Shown in pieces: positions 1 to 12,192 of a stretch of 64,000 nt of DNA. Position 1 is the stretch's first letter; the number at the start of each line of letters is the position of its first letter. The notes under the pieces were generated by a model. The model saw nothing but the letters and a program-made list of their open reading frames with translations, made no database searches and was not told the origin of the DNA. The stretch spans positions 372,001 to 436,000 of the forward strand of contig OZ025682.1 in assembly GCA_964019335.1 (NCBI GenBank), given 5' to 3'. Source of the stretch: Diplonema japonicum (lineage: Eukaryota > Protista > Euglenozoa: Diplonemea). A program made the position numbers and the translations under genes.

Positions 1-1437
1 CTCAACAAGGGCACCGAGTACGTCCGGCTGGAGGCCGATCGAGAATTCACCGACTTACAAAAAACCATCCCCAAGAGGAACGAGGAGATCACTTCCTCAC
101 TGAACAGGGTCGACTCCATGCTAGTAACCGTGGGCCGGGCGTTGATGCAAGAAAGCATGGTACTGCACGCTGACGGGCACAAGGACGTGTTGAAGTCCTT
201 CGAAGGCAACCCAGACTTCACATGGCTGAGCACAGGACAGGGCGCGGACCAGCCAAAGCAACGAACCCAAAACAGCAGAATCACAGCCACCCATGTCAAC
301 TTCAGCGATACAAGCAATTTACACGGATCTGTGGAACCATCCAGCATGACAATGACAATGCAAGAGTTGAAGAAGTACCTATGGGCAACATACAGGCACT
401 ACCAGAGCACCGGTGAAGGTTTGACATTTCTGGACTTTCAGAAATTGGTAGCGGACGTTAAGGTGCAAGTCGCCGGGTCGATCTCGGTACTGTGGGCTAA
501 CGCGTTGAAGAAGAAGGAGGACTCGGAGGTACTGGGCCTTCGCAGTCTGGATGACGCCTTCTACCAAGGGCACAGCCAGGCGCTCGGCAACGACGACGTC
601 TCAGCACCAGACAGAATAGACTTCCACCAGTTCGCGAACCTTGTCCTGCTGCTCGCATGCGAGCGGTACATCGCATCACCGTCGTCGACCCCGCAGTACA
701 AACTGCAATGCTTCCTAATGAACGAGATCTTGCCACTCTTACCCCACGAGTCGCTGACGCACCTCACCACCGACATTGTCGAGTCGCCGCTGTTGATGTT
801 GAACAACAGCAAGCTTCCCACGATCCCGTTACTACTGGAGGAACACCTCGACGTGCTGCTGCCCGTTGCCAACAAGATCAAGAAGGACATCATGGCGTAC
901 ATCGAGGGACGGCAGTACAGCTGGAAAGCAATAGAAACGGAGAACACCTTTCTAGAACGCAGTGTGACAGGGGCTGTGGAATTCCTGGCGTCCATGGACG
1001 TCATGGTGGTAAGACATGAGATGCGGTTACCAAAGGTACCGCTGAGCTCAGGTGCAAGGAGTGCAGTGCGTGCATTACAGGGCGACAAGGGCCACCCTGT
1101 TCTTCCGTTGAAGGACGTTACGAATTATCTGGTGTACAGGGCTGCCGTTGTTGGGCGCTCTGCTCTTAGAGAGGTCGTGTCGCGTGGTATCAGAGAGCTC
1201 CTTGCATCTACCTACCCGGCCCTCCCAACCCCTGACCTCAATCTCGATACCTCTCAAGAGGCAGTTCCTTTCCCCATGTTCCTGGCCCTTTGTGCTCGAG
1301 TTGCGACCTATACCTCTGTCGCAGCGACGTTTCCCTCACCACCACCGCCTCCCAAGGGGTTGTCCACCAATTCCATTCCTGTTTATAATTTTATCCAGCT
1401 GCTCACCCATGCAAACCATTACGTCCTTACCTTGTAG
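1..1437 (+). CDS. Hypothetical protein, 5'-truncated by the window edge
   Basis: Frame 1 is open from base 1 through the annotated ATG at 118 to TAG at 1435-1437. Coding-like composition ends sharply at a T-rich spacer. No family recognised. Confidence 0.75.
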   Translation, partial: LNKGTEYVRLEADREFTDLQKTIPKRNEEITSSLNRVDSMLVTVGRALMQESMVLHADGHKDVLKSFEGNPDFTWLSTGQGADQPKQRTQNSRITATHVNFSDTSNLHGSVEPSSMTMTMQELKKYLWATYRHYQSTGEGLTFLDFQKLVADVKVQVAGSISVLWANALKKKEDSEVLGLRSLDDAFYQGHSQALGNDDVSAPDRIDFHQFANLVLLLACERYIASPSSTPQYKLQCFLMNEILPLLPHESLTHLTTDIVESPLLMLNNSKLPTIPLLLEEHLDVLLPVANKIKKDIMAYIEGRQYSWKAIETENTFLERSVTGAVEFLASMDVMVVRHEMRLPKVPLSSGARSAVRALQGDKGHPVLPLKDVTNYLVYRAAVVGRSALREVVSRGIRELLASTYPALPTPDLNLDTSQEAVPFPMFLALCARVATYTSVAATFPSPPPPPKGLSTNSIPVYNFIQLLTHANHYVLTL

Positions 1438-1718
1438 ATTTTTACGGGTATTTTGGATTGTCTTTTTTATTATTATTTGATTCCCCTTTTATTTATAGAG
1501 TTATTGTATTTTTTTTTCTTTTTCTTTTTTTTTTCTTGCGTCATTTTCTCTATAAATCAACACAGCAAATACACAAAAAAAAAAAAGAAAATCGGGGAAA
1601 ATAAAGGCTCCCATTTTTTTGTATGATGTGTTGAGCCAGAAGTAGTTACCCTCCCCCTCCCCCCCCCGAGAAGATATATTTTTTTGGGGAGAAAAGGGAG
1701 GGCTACGCATCTTAAGGG

Positions 1719-4700
1719 ATGCCTGAGAAAGAAAACCTTACGTTTGTGATTCAGAACAAACTGTTTACGTATCAGGGGCAGACAGAACACCGGGAACGAG
1801 ATTTCTTTCAGCTTTTCATCAAAGCGTTGAAAGGAACACCCAGCAACAATGTGACTAGTGGGATCAAGTCTTTTAGGGAGAATCTTCCTGAGTCGGTTCT
1901 GACTGACGAAGATCTAGCCGCTCTGTATCAGAAACACGAAAAGAGGAGAGTGGACCGGGATAATAAGCGCAAGGCAGGGAAACGGCTAAAAATAGAGAAA
2001 GAAGTTGAAAAACCTGTGGAGGAAATCGAGCCTGAAAAGGGAGCCTCGTGTAAACCAGACACAGACGACAAAGAACAAGAAGAACAAAAAGAAGAAGAAA
2101 CGAAGCAGCAAGAACAGGATGAAACACCACCTCCACCGCCTGACCCACCTCAACCCCAACAACCGGAGTGCGAAACCTTAACCCCTCCTGCACCGGTTCT
2201 TGCCCCGCAGGACTTAAGCCTCACGCCAAACAGCCCTGAATGTCTTAAGAAGGACAGCTCTACTGACAATCCTACCACTCCAGTAACACCGCTTGTTCCC
2301 CCAACAAAGCCCGAAGAGCCCCTCCCTGATACACCTGCGTCTGCACCCCGCTCAGGCTCCGAAGGTGGGCAGGATAACGTCCTCATTGATGAAGCAGATC
2401 AACCCATAGACGATCCCGTAGAGGTGGAGGGGTCAGAGTGTCGGGAAGCCCCCATGACTGCCTTGTCTACTACGATCAGCTTCGATGGGCAGACAGCCGT
2501 CTCTGGCAACCCTCAGAAGAGCTCTGAAAGCAACGCAGGATGGGCGGCCCTCCCCACCAAGAAGGAGCACACCGCATGGGAACGAGAGCTCATACGCCGC
2601 AAGGACCGTGCGGAAAAAGAAAAAGCAGAACGGTCAAAGGTTGACGCCCCATCTTCACCTCTCGCACCTCCTCCGCCACCGCCTCAGCGCAGCAGCTCGC
2701 CCCCCCTCCCTCAAGGCGAGCATCACCAGACACGCCGGCTACGAAGCAGCAGGGGTTCAGGCGGTGATCCACGGACGAAGTCCAAGGTATTCACCACACC
2801 GATCTCAACACACAGCAACAGGAACGGCGCAATAGGAACACCGATTCCATCCAAAAGCTCATGAATGAGCTGCTTGAAAAGACCAAGTATGCATCTTGTA
2901 TTCTTATTTTCGCACCCGCACACAGCGAGATACAAGGCCGTGTCACGCAGCTTGAAACTGCAAGCAGCCCCCGCGTGGGGTCCTCTGAGGGCACCTCCGT
3001 AACCGCTTCGCACTCATTGCCAGGTTTGCCTGGAGGGATGATCCAACGGGAAAGTGAAATTCTGAGCTTGGTAAAGCCCAACGAGAAGGGGAGAACGGTA
3101 CTTCACGAGGCAGCGGAGAAGGGAGCTGCCGACACTGTAGGGCGGCTGCTTGCCTTGGGGTCAGACGTGGATGCTAAGGACAGGGAAGGGCGGACGCCGT
3201 TTTTGGTTGCAGCCTCGCTCGGACACCTTTCCATCGTGCACTTGCTCTCCTCGAAAGGCGCCAATATTGATGCTGAAGACAACACAGGGCTTGGGGCTGC
3301 AGCCTTGGCATGCCAAGGAAAACACTCGACAACTGTGGAGTACCTGCACCTGCGTGGGTGTGCGATGGAATGTGTTGATCGATACGGGAGGACACCGCTG
3401 CACCATGCCATACACTCAAGTGTAGCTGCTCTTAAGGTGTTGCTGTCCATCACCGGACTGGACCTCGACGTGAGAGATAAAATAAAATCGCAGACAGCCA
3501 TGCACTACGCTGCCATGCGGGGATTCACGGAGGCGGTGCAGGAGCTTCTGGCTGCGGGGGCGATGCTAGTCGTGGATTATGATGGGAACGGGCCGTTGGC
3601 CCTGTCCATTCAAGCAGGGCACACCGAGATAACGGAAACATTGATAGCCCATAGTAGCACCGGAAGGGAATGGTCGCCATTTCATGAGTGTGTTCTGACT
3701 GAAGGCAATCTGCAGGCCTACCTGCTCAGCAAGAAGGAGGTCGACCTCAACGAGAACGACGCAAGAGGGCAGACGCCCCTGATGCTCGCGACGCTCACTG
3801 GCAACGTGGCAACAATTGAGTTCTTGCTCTCGAAAGATGTGGACCCGCTGCACAAGGACGACCTGGGGAGGACGGCGCTGCACCTGGCAGCAGCAAGAGG
3901 CCAGGTGATATTGTGCAAGGCACTTGTCAAGGGGGGTGCTTATGTCGACACTGAAGATGCATTCCGCTTGACACCGCTGCACTCAGCAATCCTCCACGGT
4001 CACCAAGAGACAGCCCTGTACCTAGCGTCGCAGGGTGCCGACCACATGTTGTACTACACCGTGGCACGACTGGTGGAGGCGACGAGAAGGCAGGGGACCA
4101 GCAACTCACTCCTCGTGGTGAACGCTCTCAAAAGCGACATCACAGGGAAAACCATCACAGAAACGAGCGATATCCACGGCAGAACGCTGCTACACGCGGC
4201 GTGCTTTGTGGGGGACGAGGAGGGTGTGAAGTATTTGTTGCTGCAGAAGGACCACCATCAGTGCGTACCCTTCGCAACAGACAACAGAGGATGGACAGCT
4301 CTGCACTGGGTAGCCTGCAGGGACCAGCTGTACGACGAGAAGAACCTTGAGAACGATGTGTCGGTGACAGCCCTGACGCCGCTGATGGTCCCGCACATCA
4401 AAATGGCGTATTCGATCGCGAAGGCAGCAAGCCAGTATGCCATTGTAAAGGCACTGCTGCTGGACGTTGGCGAACCGGATGCGGCCAGACTCCTGATGAT
4501 GCGTGCGAAGGACGGGCGGCGGGCTGTCGACGTTGCCAAGGACGAAGGGTGCGACCCTACAATAATCTGCCTGCTGACACCGAAGACAAGCTTCCCGCAG
4601 ATGTTATACGTGGCGAAGAAATGGACGATCGTCGCACTAGGCGGGATGATATGGGGTGTCGTCGCACTGGGCCCTACTGCCCTCTACTACGTCATCCTCA

Positions 4701-6286
4701 AACGGCAAATCTTCAGCATACTACCAAGCCCCTACTTGACACTGCACAAAGGTCTTGCCTCTGTCGCCGCAAAGGTAAAACAGGAAGAGTACATGAACCA
4801 GTTGGAGTACACATCCATGTGGCGCACATCACGCATGATGGGCCTTGCGTTGGGTGTTGTGCTGCTCTTTGTGGCATCGGCATCACTACCCAGCTATGTG
4901 GTCTCCGCACATGGAGACAGTACTGTGACCGAAGCACAAAACGACTCTTCCATTGAGTCAACGATGAGCCCGTTCAACGAGTCGGATGAAGGGAAAACTG
5001 AGAGGAACGTGGTGCTGGCGGTGATGGGGTTGGTGATGTGCGTGGTGCAACTACTGACGGCAGCGAGGGTGCTTGTGGATCAACGAAACGGGCGGCTGCC
5101 GTGCAGAGTCGTGTCGAAGGCCATCGACCTGGAGAAAAAAGGCAACTGGGCGATGATCGCGTTCGCAGTGATCGACCCGCTAATGCTGTCTGCGGTTCCT
5201 TTCGCCATTGCACGCGACAACACACCGTTGCCCTTCTTGATGCGAACGCTGCTGATGGACACGCTGAACCCTTTCGTGGCGGTCATCATATGTTACACGA
5301 TAGTGCTTGCATGGATGCAGTGTGCGGGGGTGGCGTGTCTGTACGCGGCGGTATCCTTCAACAGCTACCTTTCCAGGAAGGCGGGGGTGCTGCAGGCAGA
5401 CTGGCTATCGAAGCTCCCGCCGTACGCAATACACTTCGCAACCCACACGATGTACCTCCCTGTCCTGCTCTCCGTCTTAAAGCTTTACATGTGCGACTAT
5501 TCCGAACGGGCTACCGTCGTAGGCACAGACGAGGAGTGCTACACGGGGATCAGCAAGAACTTGGTTGTTGTGAGCTTTTTCTTCCTTCTCATGTACATCA
5601 TCTCATCTGGGACTGTGGGGATCGTACTCGGCCAGCCAAAGGGGGGTCAGGCCGACTTGTTTTGGGGTTCGCCTTTGCTGTGCGCTGAGAAGGCTGCTTA
5701 CACGTTGTGCGCTGTCTTGACATCCCTGTGGTATGACTACAGCGATTTCTGCTTTGTGATGTATTTCTTCGTGGTTGCCATGCTGCTTGTGTACGTGGGG
5801 AAGTTAGATGATAAGAACCCCACAATGCCTTACGTTATCCAGTGGAGGTTGTTGGGGTACTCCTTTTCTATTGTTTCTCTGGCGTCGAGCGCGTTCTTGT
5901 TCAATCAGGGCTCCGAGGCTGCAGGGGCGGTGGTGTTCTTGGTGTGTTTTGCCCTTGTGATGTGCTTGGGCGTTGTTCTGTACAAGTGGAACCAGAGCAG
6001 GTTCGTCACGGCTGAGCGTGCCCAGGCTTTTCGTAAGCTCCACGCTCTGTCTCGCGACAGTAATGTGCCGCCCACCCCTATTCACCCAAACCCGGCTCGT
6101 TCGCGGTTAGCATTCTCGAGTACAAATGCCCCTGAGGAAACGGGTGCGGAGGTTGTACTTGGAAGGGAAGCTTCTCACATTGTTGAAATTGAGCCTGATG
6201 CACGCCCTACAGAAGGGGAGAAGGATTCTAATGGTGAAGATGGTGGTGGGAAAGATGGTGAAGCTGATGGGTGGGTGTTGGTATGA
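1719..6286 (+). CDS. Ankyrin-repeat multi-pass membrane protein; exons ~1719-2786, 2816(or 2822)-2886, 2926-6286
   Basis: A phase-0 intron GTATTC...CACAG joins ORFs 1719..2864 and 2861..6286 in frame (TKSK|QQERRNRNTDSIQKLMNELLEK). Many ankyrin motifs (GRTVLHEAA, GRTPLHHA, GQTPLMLA, GRTALHLAA, GWTALHWVA) are followed by roughly 10 hydrophobic segments. Confidence 0.8.
2787..2815 (+). other. Short spliceosomal intron (29 nt; alternative acceptor at 2821 gives 35 nt)
   Basis: GTATTC...ACACACAG. Both acceptors place ORF 1719 in frame with ORF 2861. Confidence 0.75.
2887..2925 (+). other. Short in-frame intron (39 nt)
   Basis: GTATGC...CACACAG has the same ends as the other introns. Removal deletes KYASCILIFAPAHS-like residues from a coiled-coil-like segment. 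It has no stop codon, so splicing is not obligatory. Confidence 0.65.
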
Positions 6287-6293
6287 AGGGAGG

Positions 6294-6334
<41 letters not shown>

Positions 6335-7619
6335 ATAAAGGTCAACGAAACTGCACCCTCCACCTCGAATCCCGCGCCGGTGGGCGATGTATAGGAAAGT
6401 GATTTTAAAAAATGGGGGAGGGGGGGGTTGTTTTTTTTTGGTTTTGGTAACAGGTGTGCAAAAAAAAATTGTTTTCCTTTTGTTCGTCAGCTTTTTTTTT
6501 TACTTTTTTTATGACGAAGAGGCAATTTTTTTTTTGTCACCTGATTTTTTTTTTTTTTTTGGTGCTTTCAACGCTTGCTCACCCCCCCCTCCCTCTCTCT
6601 CTCTTCCCCCCAAAAAAAAGTCTGATCAGTAACAATAAATAAAATGATGGGATAAAAGAGACGTTTTATAAACCGGCAAAGAAAAAAAAAAGAAAAGAAA
6701 ATCACATTTTTTCCCCCCCCTTCCCAATCTTCTTTCTTTGTTGTCCAAAGAGGGAGAAAAAGGGGGGAGGGAAAGGAAAAAAGGAGAAGAAACAAAGGGG
6801 GATAGAGAAAAGAAAAGGTCTCTTTACCCCTCTCCGTTCTGTGTCCCCTAACCCACTCCCACCCACCTCTTTTTTTTCTGTGCTTCTGTAAAGTCGTGGC
6901 AGGGGGAAATGAGGGTTTTTTTTTTTTAAATGATTTCTTTTTTTTTCTTCCCTCCCCTCCCCTCCACCTATATGTTGTTGTTTTTGACAGAATTCGTTTC
7001 TTCTTCTTTTTTTTTTTACCTCTTTTTTTTTTGTTTTTGCACGTGGGGGTTTCTTATTTGTTTTAAGGTAGATGGCCAAATTTAACTTCTCTTCCCGATC
7101 ATAGTGGGTTTCTCTCTCCTTTTTTTTTTGAAGGTATTCCAGCACTTATGCCCAAGCAGAAGAAAACAAAGGGGAAACTAGAAGTGCTCGCAATAAGGTA
7201 ATCCAAAAAGGTCCAGCGGCCTTTCCTTTTTTTTTTAATTTTCCACCCCCCGAGGTGTGAGTACGAAAAAAAAGAAAATCTTATTTCTACCCCCCCCCCT
7301 CCTCCTTCCCTCGCACTTTTTTTATTGCTTGAGCAAGAAAAACAATATATTGATAATGAATTGTTATTGCTAAAGAGTAGTGGTAGCATTGTTGGGCTTA
7401 TCCTTCTACACAGGTTAACCCCGGCTGTGCACAAGCAAAACATTTTACCCCCCCCTCCGGTTTACTCACCCCTTTTCCCCCAAAAAAAGAAAAAAATAAA
7501 TGGGGTTTAGTATTCCCCGAAGCAGAGAAAATGCAAACAGCAAAAAAAAAAAAAAAAAAAAACCCAAAGTTAGTTTATCTTTTTTTTCTCTGTTCAAAAT
7601 TTTGGAATTTCTTTCTATC

Positions 7620-7654
<35 letters not shown>

Positions 7655-7751
7655 TTTGCCTCCAGACCAGCGACCCCAACCCATCAGAATTTCCATTCAT
7701 CATTAGAAGTGAGGGGGCGCCTTCCCTGGCCGGGTGGAAAGGTAGGGGAAA

Positions 7752-8861
7752 ATGTATCAAACAGCAGCAATCCCAGGAAAGGGGATCGGGCTGATCGCGA
7801 CACGAGACATCAACAAGGGCGAAGTTGTGCTGACAGAACGGTGCTTGTTTAAAGCAGGAGAAACAAACGAAAACAGCACGCTGCAGGACGACATTGTGGC
7901 CGCTTCAGGAGTGGAACTGGAAAAAGATTTGATCAGCGCCGTGGAACAAATCCTGTCGGGGGGCAACAAATACGACGTTCTGAAGCTTTGCGGCGACAGC
8001 AAAACCGAAATTTTCTTAGAATGGCTTACCGATGCCAAGGAAGCCATCGTCGAGAAAGGGCACAGCTTCGAGGATTTCTGCAAAGCTCTGGCTGTTATAC
8101 AAGAAAATTCCTTCACCAACTCCAACAACGAGGAGGAGGTGTCGCCAGTCCTGTTCACCACCGCTTCTCGTATCAACCATTCCTGCCTTTCTTCAGCCAA
8201 TTTAGAACCCCACGTCTGGTCAGACGAAATAACCCTCCAAGCCAGACACACCATCGCCAAAGGCGAAGAACTCACTATCGACTACCTCAACCAGGAGAAC
8301 GAAGACATTCCACCCCCTCAAAGATCTTCTGAAATCGAGTCTCGTAGAGGATTTACTTGCCAGTGTGCGACGTGCTGTGAGGATCTCCCATACTACCCCG
8401 AGCTGGATCGGAAGATCACTCTGTTGCTCTCTCTTGGTTCGCCTGAGGAGGCGTTGATCGCACTGACATCAAGTACCCCACCGCTTCCTTCAAAGCACTA
8501 TTTACGAGTTAAACTCTACCGTGCTTTGCGAGACTATGCCGAACTGACCGGTGAATACTCACGGGCGGTGGAATACGCAGAGGAAGAGCTTAAGGCACTG
8601 TCTTGTCCCAGCCTTTCGATGCCCAGAGCGCTTCTGATGCAAGCGATTAATATTAAAAGAGTTGTGAAAAAAGTTCCGCGGCCTGCGGAGTACTCGGAAT
8701 ACCCTCTTATCTCGGAGGAGCCGCACCAGCTTCCAAACGGGTGGAACGAGGCAACGGCAACGGAAAAATTTAACGAAGCGATCCGATTGAGGAACATGCT
8801 TCTCCCGAAGGACAGGGGTTGTGCATTGGACAACCTTGTTGAAGTGATGAACGGAATTTGA
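7752..8861 (+). CDS. SET-domain lysine methyltransferase (SMYD-like)
   Basis: GKGIGLIATRDINKGEVVL, SRINHSC, GEELTIDY and post-SET FTCQCATC motifs. Confidence 0.9.
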   Translation: MYQTAAIPGKGIGLIATRDINKGEVVLTERCLFKAGETNENSTLQDDIVAASGVELEKDLISAVEQILSGGNKYDVLKLCGDSKTEIFLEWLTDAKEAIVEKGHSFEDFCKALAVIQENSFTNSNNEEEVSPVLFTTASRINHSCLSSANLEPHVWSDEITLQARHTIAKGEELTIDYLNQENEDIPPPQRSSEIESRRGFTCQCATCCEDLPYYPELDRKITLLLSLGSPEEALIALTSSTPPLPSKHYLRVKLYRALRDYAELTGEYSRAVEYAEEELKALSCPSLSMPRALLMQAINIKRVVKKVPRPAEYSEYPLISEEPHQLPNGWNEATATEKFNEAIRLRNMLLPKDRGCALDNLVEVMNGI

Positions 8862-8945
8862 GTTTTTTTTTTTTCCTTTTTTTTTCTCCTCAATTTTTTT
8901 TTTTTTTGAAAAATACAAAACAAAAGGAGAGAGGGAGGCACCAAC

Positions 8946-10976
8946 ATGGACAATGATGAAGATAGAGTGATACGGACGATTGCTTCGTTTGCTTGTTGGG
9001 ACGGAAGTACCTTGCTGACACTCCGACAGGTTTGCACACAGTGGTACCACTCCCTGTGCGAAGAGGAAAACGACGAGCTATGGCACGATGCCGCCTTCCA
9101 CAAGTACGGAGTGGACAGCAGAGAGCTACCAGAGGGAATATCAGGGTACAAGGCCGTGACGAACTGGGTCACTGGCCGATACAACACCATGTTCAAGGAA
9201 GTCGAGTACACTCACAAGCCCACCCATCTATGTGTGTCCGAGCACCGAATATGGGTCATAACCAGCTACCTAAAGCTAGTCCAGTACGACACACACACGA
9301 TACAAGTCACAGGCGATGTCACACTGCCGCGCCCTGCAGGCATGGTGCATGGGTTCGACATGCAGTTTTTTGTGTCGTTTCCTCTTGAAGGCACACAGGA
9401 GACGCCCTTGATGGTGATCTCGAAGGAGGCGTCAGTGTACCTCCCGTCGTTGCCGGGCAGGGCTGTTGCAATGTCCGACTTAAACGGGGATCTTCTTGTT
9501 TTAACGTCCGCAGGGTCGATTGCGATCTACGGTGAAGAGGATCGTCAAAAAGTCATAACGGTGCCCATGCCAGAGACATTCGTCTGCTTCGGGTGCTTCA
9601 ACATATGGTGCTCCACTGCAGCCGTGATCGACGGGAACAGAAATTTAACTGTTTACGAGCTCGATCGTATCCCCAACACCTTCGAACTAAACCATCTTTG
9701 GAACACACAGCTCCCGCTTGAGGCTATGGTATCCAAAGTCAAAATGTGCAGCTCAACCAGAGTGCTTGTATCTTATCAGTTCGGCTTGACCATCTACGAA
9801 AACGGGGTAATAACCCGGTCTCTCCAGGGTGTCACCGCATCCTTCACAACCACTTTGAATGCTTTCGTTGTGGACGTGTCTTCAAGACAATGCGGGGGCT
9901 TGAACGTGATCCCCTTGGCAGGGGACCTGCCACCGGTATCTTTCGAGAATAAGTGCGCTGTGAAGGCACCTCAGATTCTTGTTGAGACGTCAGGATGCAC
10001 GGCAGTGGGTGTAGATACATCAGGGTGTATAACGAAATGGGTCGTTCTTGAAAAGGCAATGTACGATTCGTATGACGAACGGCAGCCAAAATACACCCTC
10101 CCGATGCCCTGCTACATTTGCGGGACTGCCATCACAAGTATCAGCTGTAATAAGCCCTGTCCGCACTGCCTCATGGTAACAGGGTGCGACAACCATCCAA
10201 ACGATGCTAAGGCGGGCGAAACGCACACTGATGAAATTTGCGGGATGTGGAAGCTTCACAGATTGGCGATTGAGGCCTTGCAAGGCAACGCCGTGAGCGT
10301 TGTTGAGTCACCGATAACGTGGAACGGGTGGGGCGAGTACTACGCAAGTGGTGTCGTTGGTTTAGAAGAAGATGTTGAAGACTGTCCTCAGGACCTTCTG
10401 TTCGTGGTGGAACAGGTTGCGGTGAGTCATGCGTTGTCTGGGGTGCTGACGCTAGCAGTGGCGTTGCAAACAGTCTTACAAAGTGGCAAACTTTTAAAAC
10501 AACACAGCACGCTTCGGATCATAGTGGAGTTCTGCGACTGCTTGATCGCATATCCTCTTCAAAATGTTCTGGAGCCTGCAGCGATTATCTTCTCTTCGGT
10601 GTTGTCCAGTGCAGGCTTTGACCGTATCGCGTTCCATCATGAGAGCTTCCCGCCGTTGATCTCGACTTATGAAGGTTTCACTGTGGAACTGGTGCCTGCG
10701 CTGCATTCTTCTTATGATGTCCACTGGGTGCAGAATCTTGGGGTTAACTCCGACGACAGGCCTCTCTTAAAGGCGGGTCTTGTTGTGGCGACGTGTCCCT
10801 ACAGGCCGCCTCTGTACTCCCTGCAAGGGGTGAGCCTTCTAGCCGTCTGTCCCACGCCTTACCCGGACGGTCTTCCTTGTATCCTCTCCGCGGCTTCTGG
10901 CAATGTTGTTTCCATTGATTACAGCAATGCATTCCTTATGATCGGGGAAAGGGACACAGTAGGTATTGTAGTTTAA
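8946..10976 (+). CDS. F-box-like protein with beta-rich middle region and degenerate MYND/MSS51-like C-terminal half; may extend to 11030 through intron 10963-10998
   Basis: N-terminal LLTLRQVCTQW...ELW resembles an F-box. The CYIC...CPHC...GC...H...C cluster is followed by WGEYY...LSGVLTLAVAL, reminiscent of MSS51/ZMYND15. A candidate intron GTATTG...ACAACAG spans the stop codon. Confidence 0.6.
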   Translation: MDNDEDRVIRTIASFACWDGSTLLTLRQVCTQWYHSLCEEENDELWHDAAFHKYGVDSRELPEGISGYKAVTNWVTGRYNTMFKEVEYTHKPTHLCVSEHRIWVITSYLKLVQYDTHTIQVTGDVTLPRPAGMVHGFDMQFFVSFPLEGTQETPLMVISKEASVYLPSLPGRAVAMSDLNGDLLVLTSAGSIAIYGEEDRQKVITVPMPETFVCFGCFNIWCSTAAVIDGNRNLTVYELDRIPNTFELNHLWNTQLPLEAMVSKVKMCSSTRVLVSYQFGLTIYENGVITRSLQGVTASFTTTLNAFVVDVSSRQCGGLNVIPLAGDLPPVSFENKCAVKAPQILVETSGCTAVGVDTSGCITKWVVLEKAMYDSYDERQPKYTLPMPCYICGTAITSISCNKPCPHCLMVTGCDNHPNDAKAGETHTDEICGMWKLHRLAIEALQGNAVSVVESPITWNGWGEYYASGVVGLEEDVEDCPQDLLFVVEQVAVSHALSGVLTLAVALQTVLQSGKLLKQHSTLRIIVEFCDCLIAYPLQNVLEPAAIIFSSVLSSAGFDRIAFHHESFPPLISTYEGFTVELVPALHSSYDVHWVQNLGVNSDDRPLLKAGLVVATCPYRPPLYSLQGVSLLAVCPTPYPDGLPCILSAASGNVVSIDYSNAFLMIGERDTVGIVV

Positions 10977-11257
10977 AAAAAAGATTTCGTGACAACAGAG
11001 GGGGACTGCCCTTTCCCTGTCCTCCGGTGATACAATCGGGGGGGGGGGGGGGGGGGGGGGCGGGTATGTAAAGGGCTGTTGTAAACTAAAAAAAAGAAAA
11101 AAAAAGAAGGACAAAAATACGGGGAAAAAATGGAAAAAAATAATAAAAATAACGCATCACATATTAAAAACCCCCTCCGACCACCTAAAACAGGAAGAGT
11201 GGGGCACGGAGGGGGGAGGGTGGGAGAAAAAAAAAACAAAACGAAAAAAGAAATAAT

Positions 11258-12019
11258 ATGAATCTCTCCAACACTAGATTGGCTGAAGAGGTGAAGACGT
11301 TACAAGAGGAGCTTAGGAAAACAAGGAAGAGGATTGTTGAGCTACAGGACGAAGTCGACGAGGCGAAAGGACCTGCGAGCACGAAAGTACAACAACACCA
11401 TCCTTGGAGGGTAACCATCGCCATCTTGAGAGAAGCGCTGGCAGGGATCAAGAGAACTGTTCTCGAAGAAGTTCATGCAGCGTGCAAAGCCGTGCAGAAT
11501 GTAGGTGACGGCCTCTCTGCGAAGAAGGAATGGAGCCCAGAATCGCGTTTACTTGATTTGGAACGTGAAGTTGAGCTACTCAAGTTGGACAACAAGCGGC
11601 TCTCTGCCGCCGTAAAAAAATGCGATCACGAAGCTGCACATCAAGCCTCGTCTATGCAAAGCCTTCGCGACAAGAACACCTTGCTGGACGTGAAGATTCG
11701 CGACCTCAAGAAGCAGTTGGGGATGAAGAAGGGTGCCGAAGAAGCTCTTCAAGACCAGGTCACCAAAATGGAGCGGCGGCAAGCTATTATGCGTACTCTG
11801 GCTACTACGCAAAATGAACCGAAGAAATGGCGGCGGGCGTCCCGGCCACGGGCCGGGTCGCCGGCAGCCACGATAGGGCCAAACCCTCCCGTCCCTCCTT
11901 CTCCCTCCTGTACGCGTGATGCTCCATTGCGCACGCCCACCCCGCGGCAGCCGTCCCCTGCAGAGCTCTTCCGTGGTCTCCAGCGTGCTGGCGTTAAAGC
12001 GTTCGAGATTGAGTCTTAG
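11258..12019 (+). CDS. Hypothetical coiled-coil protein with Pro-rich C-terminus
   Basis: 253-aa ORF with an E/K/L-rich heptad pattern, bounded by low-complexity spacers. Confidence 0.75.
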   Translation: MNLSNTRLAEEVKTLQEELRKTRKRIVELQDEVDEAKGPASTKVQQHHPWRVTIAILREALAGIKRTVLEEVHAACKAVQNVGDGLSAKKEWSPESRLLDLEREVELLKLDNKRLSAAVKKCDHEAAHQASSMQSLRDKNTLLDVKIRDLKKQLGMKKGAEEALQDQVTKMERRQAIMRTLATTQNEPKKWRRASRPRAGSPAATIGPNPPVPPSPSCTRDAPLRTPTPRQPSPAELFRGLQRAGVKAFEIES

Positions 12020-12192
12020 AAAAATAACCCTTTATTTTTGTTGTATTGTTTTTTGGTTGTTGCTTCTAAGAATTATCCTGGTTTGGATGAAGTGTTGCAA
12101 AAATCAAACCTGTTTTCTAGTAAGAAAAAAAAAAAAAAAAAGAAGCAAAAAGAAACAAACAAGAAAAAAGGACAATTCCTAACAAAAGAAAA

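Noticed and set aside
2861-2864. ATGA stop/start overlap suggesting prokaryote-style translational coupling
   Set aside because: A GT-AG intron at 2787-2815 joins the two ORFs in frame, and the context is eukaryotic.
6340-6400. tRNA-like TCGAATCCC
   Set aside because: No GGTTCG T-arm, D-arm or acceptor stem can be formed.
6287-7751. Numerous short poly-Lys/poly-Phe ORFs here and in other spacers
   Set aside because: These are translations of homopolymer runs with no coding signal.
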